From contig CATOCA020000001.1 of assembly GCA_951406725.2 (NCBI GenBank), forward strand, positions 1,488,001-1,552,000: DNA of 64,000 bases, given 5' to 3'. Under the pieces are notes generated by a model, which saw only the letters and a program-made list of their open reading frames with translations, made no database searches and had not been told where the DNA came from. Within the stretch, counting starts at the first letter, position 1. Each line of letters begins with the position of its first letter. The position numbers and the translations under genes were made by a program. Shown piece by piece: positions 11,789-26,188 of this stretch. This DNA is from Octopus vulgaris (Eukaryota).

Positions 11789-14700
11789 CTTACGGACGAG
11801 CTCCTTCAGTCGATCCCCTGGCACCGAACGCGTTTTTTATATATCTAATCATAAGAATTATTAAATTTTGAATAATATCCATCATGTTAGCTAAATATTG
11901 AGAATTTTGTGGACCTGTCATCTGCTGTTGCAATGCTTCATTAGTGTTAATTAAATATAATTGACTATTCTGTGGGCTTAGGTTTTCAGGGTCGAGTGTA
12001 GATATGGTATCATAAGTTTGTCCCTGAAAAAATAAGGACCCTATTTTTCAGGGGTACTTATTTTCGCCCCAAACGAAGCAAACGAAAAGGAACAATTCTA
12101 GAGCCTAAATTTTTACGAAAAGATCAATTCTGCATTTTTTGCATTAAAAATAAACTTTCAGTTTTTTGAAAGGGATCATAACTTACCCGTTCTTTCAGCA
12201 GTTCAGAGGCTCATTTAGAAATCGAAAAGCTTCCCCAATGTTTTCAGAGAATATTTGTCACCTTCGTTCTGAGTTCAAATTTCGCCGGGGCCGACTTTGC
12301 CTTTCATCCTTTCGGGGTCAATAAATTAACTGCGTACTGAGGTCGATCTAACCGACTGGCCCTCTCCCCTAAAATTTAGGGCCTTGTGCTTAGAGTAGAA
12401 AAGAATATTTATGTCACCAATATTATAATTATCAACGAAATGTTTACAGTTTTTTTTTTTGGGGGGGGGGGTTTGTCTCTCATCTTCCTTTTCTATTCCA
12501 TCTTGAACACGTTCTCTTATCTTTTGTAAATACTCACTCTATACTCTTTGGTTCATATTTTCTCTTCCACGTTACATTTCCTGGGCTTCTTCTAGTGACT
12601 TGACCCTGTACTTCTCTTTACACCATTTCCCACGCCATTTCGTTACCATCACCACCATCACATGCACCACCACCAATAAGTCAAGGGTCGAAACACTTAC
12701 CCCCGAGTGGGGTTTCTCTTCTCTGGAGTCCCTCTGCTTTTCAGTTTCCTTGACAGTTTCTTACCATTATACCATGTTTAAATTTTCCCTCTGCTAAGCA
12801 TTTTATATTTCTCTCCCCGCTCCCTCACACACACACATACACACACACGCACACACGCACACGCACTCTCTCTCTCTCTCTTACTTCAACAAACTATTGA
12901 ACTAAGCCTTCCTCCTCTCCATGTTGTTATCAATTTCTCTCGTTCTCTTCACCTCTCGCATCCACTAACCACGTGACAACGTATTTCATCGGACGGGTAC
13001 GCGCTCGCCCGCACGCACACGCTGCCTCCGACGGACTTCTTTCGGTGTCCGTCAACCAAATCCACTCACACGACTTTTCAGAAGCAAATGAATCATACAA
13101 TATTCTTTTTATTTCATGTCCTTTGTCTGGAAATCTTTCGTCACACATCCTGTGACCTCTTCATAAAGTAATAAGAATAATAAACCCGAAAGAAAGAACG
13201 CATCCATTACTGATTACATCAAAAAGAAGAAAAAAAGAGCAAAAAACAAACATTTAATTTACTTCCCTTCGTCTTTTAATTACGTTTGTTAAGGCAGAAT
13301 TTTAGATTTAAAACTGCTCCAAGTCAACTTTCTACATTTTAGAAATGCTTCGTAAAGTGTCCTTCAGTTGTCACCATCAATGAGCAACATTTCTAGTAAA
13401 AGAAAAAAATACTTCTTAAATTTTTATGTGTAAAACAACGCAAAAGTCAGAGTAATTGACTGCTATTTTAAGCATGATTCTAGGTCACCTGTAGACAAAT
13501 ATTGTTTATAGATTATTCTTAGTTTCCAGACAAAGGACATGAAATAAAAAGAATTTTGTAAGATTCATTTGCTTCTGAAAAGTCCTGTGAGTGGATTTGG
13601 TTGACGGACACCGAAAGAAGTCCGTCGGAGGCAGCGTGTGCGTGCGGGCGAGCGCGTGCCCGTCCGATGAAATACGCTGTCACGTGGTTAGTGGATGCGA
13701 GAGGTGAAGAGAACGAGAGAAATTGATAACAACATGGAGAGGAGAAAGGCTGGGTTCAAAAGTTTCTAGAAGTAAGAGAGAGAGAGAGTGTATGTGTGTG
13801 TGTGAGAGAGAGAGAGAGAGGGGGAGAAATATAAAATGCTTAGCAGAGGGAAAATTTAAACATGATATAATGGTAAGAAACTGTCAAGGAAACTGAAAAG
13901 CAGAGGGACTCCAGGGAAGAGAAACCCAACTCGAGGGTAAGTGTTTCGGCCCTTGACTTATTGGTGGTGGTGCATGTGATGGTGGTGATGGTAACGAAAT
14001 GGCGTGCGAAATGGTGTAAAGAGAAGTACAGGGTCGAATCACTAGGACAAGCCCAGGAAGTGTAACGTGGAAGGGAAAATATGAACCAAAGAGTATAGAG
14101 TGAGTATTTACAAAAGATAAGAGAACGTGTTCAAGATGGAATAGAAAAGGAAGATGAGAGACAACATCCCCCCAAAAAAAACTGTAAACATTTCGTTGAT
14201 AATTATAATATTGGTGACATAAATATTCTTTTCTACTCTAAACACAAGGCCCTAAATTTTAGGGGAGAGGGCCAGTCGATTAGATCGACCTCAGTACGCA
14301 GTTAATTTAATGACCCCGAAAGGATGAAAGACAAAGTCGACCTTGGCGAAATTTGAACTCAGAACGAAGGTGACAAATATTCTCTGTAAACATTGGGGAA
14401 GCTCTTCGATTTCTAAATGAGCCTCTGAACTGCTGAAAGAACGGGTAAGTTATGATACCTTTCAAAAGAACTGAAAGTTTATTTTTAATGCAAAAAATGC
14501 AGAATTGATCTTTTCGTAAAAATGTAGGGTCTAAAATTTGTTCCCTTTTGTTTGCTTCGTTTGGGGCGAAAATAAGTACCCCTGAAAAACAGGGACCTTA
14601 TTTCTTCAGGGACAACCTTATCATACAATTTCTACACTCGACCCTGAAAACCTAAGCCCACAGAATAGTCAATTATATTTAATTAACACTAATGAAGCAT

Positions 14701-14845
14701 TGCAACAGCAGATGACAGCTCCACAAAATTCTCAATATTTAGCTAACATGATGGATATTATTCAAAATTTAATAATTCTTATGATTAGATATATAAAAAC
14801 ATGCGTTCGGTGCCAGGGGATCGACTGAAGGAGCTCGTCCATAAG
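11789..14845. repeat. Large inverted duplication: arms 11789-13133 and 13523-14845, spacer ~390 bp
   Basis: Arms are reverse complements with scattered mismatches, including an internal SINE and (CA)/(CT) repeats. Confidence 0.95.
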
Positions 14846-14849
14846 GGCC

Positions 14850-16440
14850 CCTGCCTACTCCAGCGCTCCTCAATCACCGCCAGTTTGCTTGCCTGACACC
14901 AGCATTCACGTGGACACAAACAGGGATTTCCTTATTGTATTATCTCTGGTGATTAAATAAAGGGCGTCTTTACGTCGATATGTTTCAGAGGAAAGAATGG
15001 CCGAGTTCCGACAAACAATCAAAACCTCGATCCAAACCACCGTTGTATCCATACAACACAATCGTTTGATGTGATTGGGAAGGGATACTCCGAGGCGAGA
15101 TGCTTGAAAATAACCACAGGTCAATGCAGAGCTTTATGTTCAGAAGAAACATCAGTTCAGTGAAGCAATCAAGCTGAAACAACGCAACCGCTCTCCCTCA
15201 TATCGATAATTTAACAAAGATGTTATTGAAGAGCTCGCTTGGAGAGTTCTACGAAACCCATTCTTCCGGTGCAGCACCTTCAGATGATTTCCTTTTCCTG
15301 TCGCTCTCCAGTCTGCGACACGTTTCGTTTGGCAACGACGGACGATGTGGCTCGATGAATTCTTTAAGTCTAGAACATCATCATCTCTACTGTGGGAGCA
15401 TTGACAAGCTGGTGGAATATTGGCAAGAAATTGTGGACTATAAGGGAGAATATATTGGGTGATCCCATAAATAATAAGAGTTTTATTTTATACTTCTCAT
15501 AGTTTTCAAAATTAAGATAAACAAAGTTCTTTTTAATCTAAAAGCCCCTTTTCCAAAGTCAACTTGTCCGTGACGAAAAATGCTCCTCCAGTAATGTTCT
15601 GACCTCGTCTACAGAATTCATATAATTTCCGTCCAAATGATTTTGAAGACTGCAGAGTAAATGATAATCAGATGGAGCAATGTCAGGCGGATATGGTAAG
15701 TAGGGCATCGTTTCGCATCCAAACTGCTCCAGCCTTTGGGATGTCATTCTCGCTGTATGTATGATGGAAGGTGTTCTTCCATCAGGATAATTTCTGATGG
15801 AGAAACACCTTCCGTCTTGAAACCAAAGTTAGCCGTTTTTCTTTTAGCGATGATGAATGGTTGAATGACCATATCCAAGCTTCTCTGCTAGTTCTTCAAC
15901 AGTTACAATGGGATTTTGTTCCACCAGGGTTTGCAGGACGTCCTTGTCCAGCTCTGCAGATCTTCCGGGATGAGGCTCATCTTCTTGGCAGTAGTTTCCG
16001 GCTTGGAATTTCTGGAACCACCATCGACACTGGCTTAATATTTATTGTCCAATCCTCATATACTTCATTAATATTCCTCGCATTTTCCATTGCGTTGTTG
16101 CCTTTATTGAACTCATAAAGCAAAATATGCCAAATAGGATCCTTTGTCACTTCCATTACAGATTTGAAAAAAATAACTGTTAAAATCGAACTGCACTCTT
16201 CAACACTTGCAGTAAAAATAACTAAAAAGTACAATTACTACCTGCTTTTATAGCAAGTTGATGCAGGTAGTTTATCCTGTCCCCCTCCGACTTTTCATGC
16301 AATTGAAGAAAAACGAATTATTTATGGGATGACCCAATATTGTGAACTGATTTGATGAAATTGTGGATGAAATCAATAAGGATTAAGATAAATGGTGAAA
16401 AACATGGGCGAATTTATGTGACTACGTTAAAATTATGTAT
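14850..16440 (+). mobile_element. Degenerate mariner interrupted by a second mariner
   Basis: APSDDFLF and GSIDKLVEYWQEIVDYKGEYI. Interrupted at a TA (15453-54) and apparently resumes at 16340. Confidence 0.7.
15455..16337 (-). mobile_element. Internally deleted mariner with both TIRs
   Basis: TIRs ttgggtgatcccataaataa / ttatttatgggatgacccaa flanked by TA. HILLYEF and PYPPDIAPSDYHL motifs. Confidence 0.88.
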
Positions 16441-16560
16441 GTATCTAGCTTAGCTTGCTATACATATATTTATTTGTATACGAAATGTTACTGTTCGATA
16501 TATATATATATATAAACATACACGCGCGCACACACATGTACACACTGTCACACCGACATA

Positions 16561-18203
16561 CAGAGGCGGCAAAAATGTTCAGAACGGCATTGTTTTCGTC
16601 AAAAAAGTAGATATAATTTTTTATCAAAGTAGTTTCGTATTCTATAATTTTCACAGACAGTAAATACGATTTTATTTGTTATTGCCTGATATTTTGGTGT
16701 AATTTGAGAGGATAATACAAAAGTTATGGATGATTTAGTGATTTACTGCAAAAACCATGGCGGCCAAAATGATCAAAACAGTTGCTTTTACTCCGTGTTT
16801 TAGTATATTTAACCAGCGAACTCTAATGTTTTGAATTTGTTTACGTGACGGTTCGTTTACTAAACATTAGTAAGAATATTTGCAGTGTACTTTGTTAATA
16901 TAATGCCACTTACTCCGTTACCAATTCGTCAGCAGATTATTAAGCTTCGAAGAAAGGATAATTTAAGTATTGGATCTATTGCAAAAATTGTTAACAAGTC
17001 AAAAAGTATTGTACACGGAATTCTTAAGGTCTACGATGATTGTGGTTCGTGTGAAGCAAGAAAGTTTACAGGTAGGCCAAGAAAAACGACCAAGAGAGAA
17101 GATCGTGCTATGGTAAAGTTGGTTAAAAAGGACAGATTTAAAACTGCTGCTGCTGTTTCTCGGAAAATGAGCATTGTACTGAAGAAAACTTTATCTCGAA
17201 AAACTGTGTCTCGTCGTTTAGTTGAACATGACCTACAAGCAAGAACATCTTCAGTGAAGCCACTGATCAGCTCCAAGCATAAAAAGCGTCGTCTTACCTT
17301 TGCAACCGAACATGTGTTGTGGTCTCAAGAAAAATGACAAACGGTGCTTTTAAGTGATGAATCTAAGTTTATGTTATTTGGCTCAGATAGGAAAGGGTAC
17401 TTTCGTAGGAAAGGGTACTTTCGTAGAAAAGTAGGTGAAAAATTGTTGCCTAAATGCCTTAAGACTAGTGTTAAATTCGGTGGAGGAAGTGTCATAGTTT
17501 GGGGAATGATATCTGGAGATGGTGTGGGCCCTTTGCTGCGATTACATAGAAAGTTAAATGCAGGAGTTTATAAACAACTTGTAAAAGATCATGTCTTGCC
17601 TGTGCTGAGAAATTCAACTAAGCACCACCCATATTCATGCAGGACAATGCCCCATGTCACAAGGCTAAGGTGGTCATGAACTTCCTCAAGTCTGAAAAGG
17701 TTATTGTTATGGATTGGCCAGCTCAAAGCCCAGACCTCAATCCTATTGAAAATGTGTGGAATATTCTAGAACGTTTGAAAGCCAGAAATCCTAAAACAAC
17801 CGAGCAATTATGGAATGCCCTTCAGGAAGAATGGAATAAGATCACCCAGCAAGAAATTGAAAATTTAATTTCCTCATGCAATCGAAGATGTCAGAGTGTG
17901 ACTGAAGCTAAAGGGCTTCACACTAAATATTAAATAATTCCAGTATTCTCTGTCATTTTTGATTATTTTGTAGTTTTTTCAACCGTTCTGATCATTTTAG
18001 CCGCCATGGGTTTTGCAGTAAATCACTAAATCATCCATAACTTTTGTATTATCCTTTCCAATTACACCAAAGTCTCAGACAATAACAAATAAGCTTATAT
18101 TTATTCTCTGTGAAAATTATAGAATATGAAATAACATTGATAAAAACTTATACTTACTTTTCTGACGAAAACAATGCTGTTCTGAACATTTTGGCCGCAA
18201 CTG
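16561..18203 (+). mobile_element. Full-length Tc1 (DD34E-type) transposon with ~210 bp TIRs; transposase disrupted
   Basis: TA|CAG...CTG|TA. HTH N-terminus, GRPRKT, LSDES, QDNAP and WPAQSPDLNPIE. Stop at 17335, a frameshift, and an 18 bp internal duplication (RKGYFR x2). Confidence 0.95.
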
Positions 18204-18229
18204 TATTTCCGTGCTGGCGTTACAGCCCC

Positions 18230-18900
18230 ATTGTCTAAGGGAGGTAATTCCCAACAAATCTTTTGAGAGTGATCTCCCTTGAGAAAAAATTCCCGTCTTC
18301 AACGTACACAGAATAATTTCTCTTTCGTTGTGGCCATGTCTTGGGGCGTTTCTCTGTATCATCTCAAGAATCGATTTTATTGTGTTTGAGATGCATATAG
18401 CCAATATTGATTTGTTGTGTTAAGTGAATCTCTTTCGACCCATGCGGAACCGAAATATCGGGCTTCTTCACGAGTCCAAGACATCTCAAGCGATTTTCAG
18501 TTGTGTGATAGAATGGCTTTGATTCGGTCATCATCGACTCCAGTAAGTCGACCTGAGCATTGGTCATCTTTGAGTGAAGAATCTACTGAACGGAATGTTT
18601 GAAACCATTTCTGAAATGTGCGTTTTGTTAAGCAATCCACACCATGAACTTCACGTGTTTCTTTGTAGGCCTCGGCAGCTCTGTTGCCTTTATGGAAATG
18701 AAAAAGCAAAATGTGGTGAAAATGTTTGTTTTTGTACACCATGTTAAAATTGACACTGGATTAACAACTGTAAAGGTAATTAGGTGCGATTTACCTGTGA
18801 AGTAAGCTAAAAGTAACGGCTATCAAATGTCAAAAGGAAACAAAGTTATAACAACGACACAAATGTTTCTCTCTATTTGCGCAAATGAAGTCCAATTAAT
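18230..18900 (-). mobile_element. Mariner 5' fragment
   Basis: HFHHILLFHFHKG...QKWFQTFRS...SGR N-terminal HTH signature. Confidence 0.8.
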
Positions 18901-19022
18901 TGGAGTTGCTGCAATGGTGACCTTGAACAATACTTTCCATTCTGTAGCTACCCTCATCACATCTACCCTCACACTACATTCTTTACAGTTGACAGCTATT
19001 TGTCCTCATCTTGTTTATTCTT

Positions 19023-19068
19023 AACACAACGTTTCGGCTGATATTCCCTCCAGCCTTCTTCAGGTGTC
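19023..19068 (-). ncRNA. Minimal type I hammerhead ribozyme motif (Penelope-like repeat)
   Basis: gacac-CTGAAGA-a-ggctg(10 nt)cagcc-GAAACGT-T-gtgtt: stem I, core, stem II and palindromic ACGT stem III. Confidence 0.7.
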
Positions 19069-19156
19069 TTGGGGAAATTTCGAACCTGGGTCCTCATTCC
19101 TAAGGGGTTTTTCGATGTTGTTGTCATTGTTATTCACGTCACTGCTCGGAATCGAA

Positions 19157-20340
<1,184 letters not shown>

Positions 20341-20815
20341 ACATTTAGTGAATTTCCCTGTTCTATGTTTTGGTTTGATTTTCCGTTTATGTTTTTCTTA
20401 AACTTCTCTTTGTTTTGTTCTTTTTATTCAGTTCTTGAAAATTGTGTGTAGCGATGTGTACAAACGTGTCTATGTTTCTGTATATGTGTGTATATGAATA
20501 TACGTATGTGGCTAGGAATGTAAGGAGTTATAGATTTGTGAATGTATGTTTATGTGTACACACAAAAATGTGTTTGAATGCATGTATGTTTATATATTTA
20601 TGAATTTATGTATGTCTGTATATATGTATGCAAGAAGTTATGTACAGGGTTTGTAATATTTCGGGACGGTCATTTCTTTTTGCCAAATAAACACACGCAC
20701 TATACATATTATTCTTCATTCGTGTATTATTGTTCTTATTTTATCTAATGTCCATTGTCTGGAGATCTTTTGTCCCACGTGCATCCTCCTCTGGAAGATA
20801 CACATGAATAGAAGA

Positions 20816-20858
20816 GTCACTGAAGAGGTCACAGATGTGTGAAGAAAGCTTTCCAGAC
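20816..20858 (+). ncRNA. Degenerate hammerhead motif, second family
   Basis: CTGAAGA-ggtcaca gatg tgtgaa-GAAAGCTTTC-cagac with a palindromic stem III. A homologue lies at 13125-13165 (-). Confidence 0.5.
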
Positions 20859-20972
20859 AGTGGACATAATATAAAATAAGAACAACAATAAACAAGTTCT
20901 ATATTTAAGAAGTGAGGAATTATGTACATTATTTACAATTGACGGATATTTGTCCTCGTCTTGTTTGTTGTT

Positions 20973-21018
20973 AACACAACATTTCGGCTGATATTCTCTC
21001 CAGCCTTCATCAGGTGTC
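20973..21018 (-). ncRNA. Minimal type I hammerhead motif, second copy
   Basis: gacac-CTGATGA-a-ggctg(10 nt)cagcc-GAAATGT-T-gtgtt. Confidence 0.65.
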
Positions 21019-21091
21019 TTAGGGAAATTTCGAACCTGGGTTCCCATTCCAAAGGTATTCTTCGATGTTGTTATTGTTGTTGTTGTTGTTG

Positions 21092-21169
<78 letters not shown>

Positions 21170-21809
21170 TGACTGCTTGGAATCAAACTCGGAATCTTCG
21201 GATTATTAGCGTCCTGTTTATCATTTATGCAGTCATCAAAATTGTTATAATGTCTTGTTGTTGAGATAGGTTCTCTTTCTTTCCTGATAAGAAGATTACA
21301 TTATTTTACACCGTTTATTCCTTTGGAATATAACCATTGTTGTCTTCGAAACATATGTCGAAAGTAAAAGACTTTGAATAACACCTGCTTTCAAATCCAT
21401 TTATTTACTTATGCTATGCAAATTACTGCACTTTAACCCGGAGTTTCTAACTTGGAATAGGTCGCTACATCCTTGTTACTTGTGTGAATTTTGCTACCCT
21501 GGTAACTGTTTATTAAATTTTCCATGTTAACGGTAAACAAAGGATAATTCATTCATCCATGTATATATAAGTGGTTGTATATATGTATGTATGTATGTAT
21601 GCATATATGTATGTATATATGTATGTATGTATATATGGTTGTATGTATGTATATATGTATGTATGTATATATGGTTGTATGTATGTATGTATGGTTGTAT
21701 GTATGTATGCATACATGTATGTATGTGTGTGTGTATGTATGTATGTATGTATGGTTGTATGTATGTATGCATACATGTATGTATGTGTGTATGTATGTAT
21801 GTATAATTT

Positions 21810-22328
21810 TAATTAGGGTTCAACTAATTGCTTCACCACATACCGAAATTAGAAATAGGAGTTAAAAATTCCTTTTCAGCTACAATAAGTATCTCCATGA
21901 CGGTAAACATACTTTTTTGCGAAGGCAAAGAGAAAAACAATGAATCAACACGACCAGGTTTCATTATATACGCGCGTTTCGAGATTAAAGTAATTTTAAT
22001 TTTTATTACTTCTCTCTTCAGTATAATATTTGCAATTTTTATAAAATGTGAAAGTGCTAGGGTTGAATATGTACACAATCGAGCCTCATAATGTAACAGA
22101 TATCCAACCAACACTTCCAAACTTTACAGAGCCGAATGCGAATACACTATTCAAACTCTATACCCACCTGTAATTAAACCTGGTCCTGTTTATTCATTGT
22201 TCTTCTCTTTGTCTTCGTAAAAAAGTATATTCACCGTCATAGAGATTCTTATAGTAGCCGAAAAGGGATTTTCAACTCCTATTTCTAAATTCAGTATGTA
22301 GTGAAGCAATTAGCTGAACCCTAATTAT
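21810..22328. mobile_element. MITE with ~160 bp imperfect TIRs
   Basis: aattagggttcaactaattgcttcac... versus ...gtgaagcaattagctgaaccctaatt. Confidence 0.85.
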
Positions 22329-22897
22329 AATTATGTGGATATTTTTTTACCTATAAAGGTTATTTTAACTTACCGATCTACTTGGTAAAATTGTTAATTA
22401 ATTGATTAATTAATTAGTTAATTTAGTTAAATAATTTCACCCAGCTATTATTAATTTCAAATTTCAAGAAAAATGCACGTGCAATTTGCACAAAAAAATC
22501 ATCATGCTTTTCCATCCAGATTTACCTCCCTAACCATTTGTACTGCTTAAAGGCACGTTTCTTTCCTGCTAAGCTTACTGTTTAAACCATGTTTGTGTCC
22601 TCCCAGTCAACAGCCTTATCATTACTGGTACTATAAACTGTTCGGTTGCATATTTGTGTGAAAAAAATCGGTCTTTTTTTTTGGAATAGTAAAAAAAGTC
22701 TATCTTTATTTCTTCTTTTACTGGTGTCTGAAATTTAGGTTAAACCAGTGTTTCTCGAAGGAGAGGCCTATGGGACGGTCAGACAAGTTGTTTTGAGAAA
22801 ATTTGGCTTAAATGTTTGATAACTCAGCACCGTCCATTGGACGGGGAGCGTTTTTCTCGTGCGTATATATATATATATAAATATATACACGCACACG

Positions 22898-22929
<32 letters not shown>

Positions 22930-22954
22930 CATATATATACATATATAAATATAA

Positions 22955-22987
<33 letters not shown>

Positions 22988-24316
22988 TGTATGTATACAA
23001 ATCAAAGACATACGCAACGGGTGTGTTGCAGGCTCGTGGTTCGACTGCATTTATAATATTCAAGAGAATTTATTCTTAATACGGCTGGTGTTAAACACCT
23101 GAAAAGTAAGTCGTAGGCAAACGAGACATGAGTTCCCTTCTCAGAGCGACAAATAACGATGTTCGTTCTTTGTTATGACTTTTCAATGTCATGTACTGGA
23201 CTAGGTCTATATATATATGCGAATATACGTATGTATATTTGAAAGAAGCGTGTATATATACACAAGCACGCACATATATATATACTTCTATATACATACA
23301 CATAGGAACATATATGAAAGAAGTTTTTCTCACAAGCAATATTATTTATATTGCAATCATAAGCATGAACATGACACCAACTATTACGTACATATATAGA
23401 TAAGGTCTACACAGACCGTTTAAAGCAAGAAGTCAGAAGCACACACGTGCACTCGTGCGTACACACACACACACACACACACGTACATACAATTTTCCCG
23501 GCACAGACATGAAAAATGATACTTCACTATCCAAACATATATGGACATTAAATTAAAGAAATATTCGAGTAACCTTTAATTGAAAACATTTTTGTCACAC
23601 GCCCAAACGTACAAAGGTGACTACGAATCCTGCGAACTTTTTGCCAAAGATTTGTAGCACATTCTTACATCTTCAGAATCAAATTATGAAAGAAACTCAT
23701 AGTTAGTCTCTCCATGCAACCAGAAAATCTGTACAACTCTAAAACACATTAAACTAAAATTTTTAATGGCTAAATATGAAAATACCTCACCACCTTCCTT
23801 CATCCATTCCTCTTTATTATTGACTACCTCTACAATGCACATAAAAATTGGTATTACTGCTATGCACAAAACAAGTCCTGCAGATCGATGAAGCAACGTT
23901 GTAGCATATTTTCTGCATCATGCGAATGATGCGGTGCTTGTGGCAGCGTATTTCAAAGCAACCCCAATAATCAATTTCAGTTATGCCATTTATTTTGTTT
24001 ATTTATTTTGTAGTTGTTCTCTGATCTGTCATAATTCTCCTAATATTTGGTTTAGTGTATGGAGACTACTGTAAGCAAACATTATACTAAGTACGATCAT
24101 ACAAAGAAGGTGAACAGTGGGATGGCGTCACCTTCTAATGACTGCAGTAGGAGCAGCAGTTGAGAGGATTTTAAAGAAGATGAAAGAATTGTAACAGAGT
24201 AAGATGATAGATTTTGCAATACTAAATGTTGGTAGAATTGATATCAAAGAGAGCGAGTAAACAGAGTATTTACCTTTCGTGCGCGTCCGTTCAGCTGATA
24301 TATATATATATGTAAA

Positions 24317-24366
<50 letters not shown>

Positions 24367-24614
24367 AATGCATATATAAATGTATGTTTGTGTGTGCGTG
24401 TATGTCTTTGTTTCTGTGTGTCTGGATATCGAAACATACAATAAATATGTTCTACTCATTAATGTACATAATTTGTGGCAAACATGAGAAATGTTTTTCG
24501 TTTTGTTTTGGATCGAAATCTCTTGCCCTTAATGCTTCTGTGATACTTCATTTTATTGACTGAACATTGGACAAGTTTCTTTCCTTTATTGCCTTCTTTC
24601 TATTTTCTTTGTAG

Positions 24615-25003
24615 CTGTTGGTTATCCGGACCATCTTTCTATGCTGCTTTCCTGGCTCCTGTTGCAATCAGTCTCATCTTCAACATTATCATGCCTTCTC
24701 TCGTTATCTGGCACCTTATAATGATGCAAAGTAATAAGAGATCTGAGCAGGAAAGAAGTAAAGTACGTGTTTTGGGCCTGGTTGGTTTGATGTTTTTGTT
24801 TGGACTCAAATGGGTCTTTGCATTCTTCACTGTTAGCGAAGCAGCAAAAGTGTTTGAGTATCTTTTTAGTATATTCAATACACTTCAAGGAATGTTTATC
24901 TTCATATTCTATTGTATGTACAAGAAAGATACCAGAAATATCATCGGGGAGTTTGTAAATGAAAGAAAGAGAATGAATCAGTGGAAAATTACCGCCGGCA
25001 GAA
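24615..25003 (+). CDS. Adhesion/secretin-family GPCR exon (ECL2 end, TM5-TM7, start of C-tail)
   Basis: ttctttgtag| and |gtaagt. CWL...FLAPVAISLIFN...GLMFLFGLKWVFAFF...YLFSIFNTLQGMFIFIFYC matches 7tm_2 motifs (CW, LLGLTW-like, FNxLQGxFIFxFxC). Confidence 0.92.
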
Positions 25004-25079
25004 GTAAGTGCGATAGCTTTGTTTTCATTCATTCATAATAGGTAGATAGAGACATAGAAAGATAGACAGACAAACAAAC

Positions 25080-25160
<81 letters not shown>

Positions 25161-25690
25161 CAAACATACATACATACATATATACATACATACATACCTA
25201 CATACATACATACATATATACAAACATACATACATACATACATACATACATTCATACATACATACATACATACATACATACATACATACATACATACATA
25301 CATACACGGGTGAGTGGACAAATGAAGAAATTTGGCTGCACTTTGATGTATTTAAAATGGCAATATGTCAAACTGTTTTTCACACATTTTTAAAACTTCA
25401 TAATCCACTCATTCACACTTCTGCGCGACAGAGTTTTATACAAGTATTGTTATGAAAGCCTGCAACGGATTTCAGCCCCTGTCACACCTTCAGACTAGAC
25501 AAATCTAATCACTGATCACTGTTCTTCTTTGGTGCACTCAGCCAGAAAGAAAACAGGAGCGATCACATTCAACTCTCGGTTACGTATCTACAAGAGAACC
25601 ACATTTTTAGCACAGGGGCTCAGAAGGTAGTACAGCCAAATGAGGAGAGTTTTGGCGAAAGTGCGGATAATTATGTGTGCGTATGAATGA

Positions 25691-25749
<59 letters not shown>

Positions 25750-25834
25750 AAGAAACAATGAAAGGGGAAAAAGTATGTGTGTAAAATTATATATATATAC
25801 AAACACACATACACATACATATATATATAGTATA

Positions 25835-25937
<103 letters not shown>

Positions 25938-26025
25938 CCAAGAAAAAAGTAACACGAATGGATCAGTAATTCTGTACAATTGTTTCATACTGAGAACATT
26001 TTTATTTGAAGCTGCAAATATAATG

Positions 26026-26188
26026 TCAAGTATTCATCACCCAAATCACATATATGTTTTCCAACCATCCTAGAAAGCGTAAATATCCTTATGAAGTATT
26101 GAGAGTGAGTTCTAATACTTCATAAGGATATTTACGCTTTCTAGGATGGTTGGAAAACATATATGTGATTTGGCTGATGAATACTTGA
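26026..26188. repeat. Near-perfect palindrome, 75 bp arms and 13 nt loop
   Basis: One mismatch seen between the arms. Confidence 0.95.

Noticed and set aside
23790-23878. Hydrophobic minus-strand exon-like stretch (GLVLCIAVIPIFMCIV)
   Set aside because: Plausible splice sites but no family motif. Such stretches are common by chance in AT-rich DNA.
24013-24069. Possible TM4 exon upstream of the 7TM exon
   Set aside because: Contains an in-frame stop, and its donor phase is incompatible with 24615.
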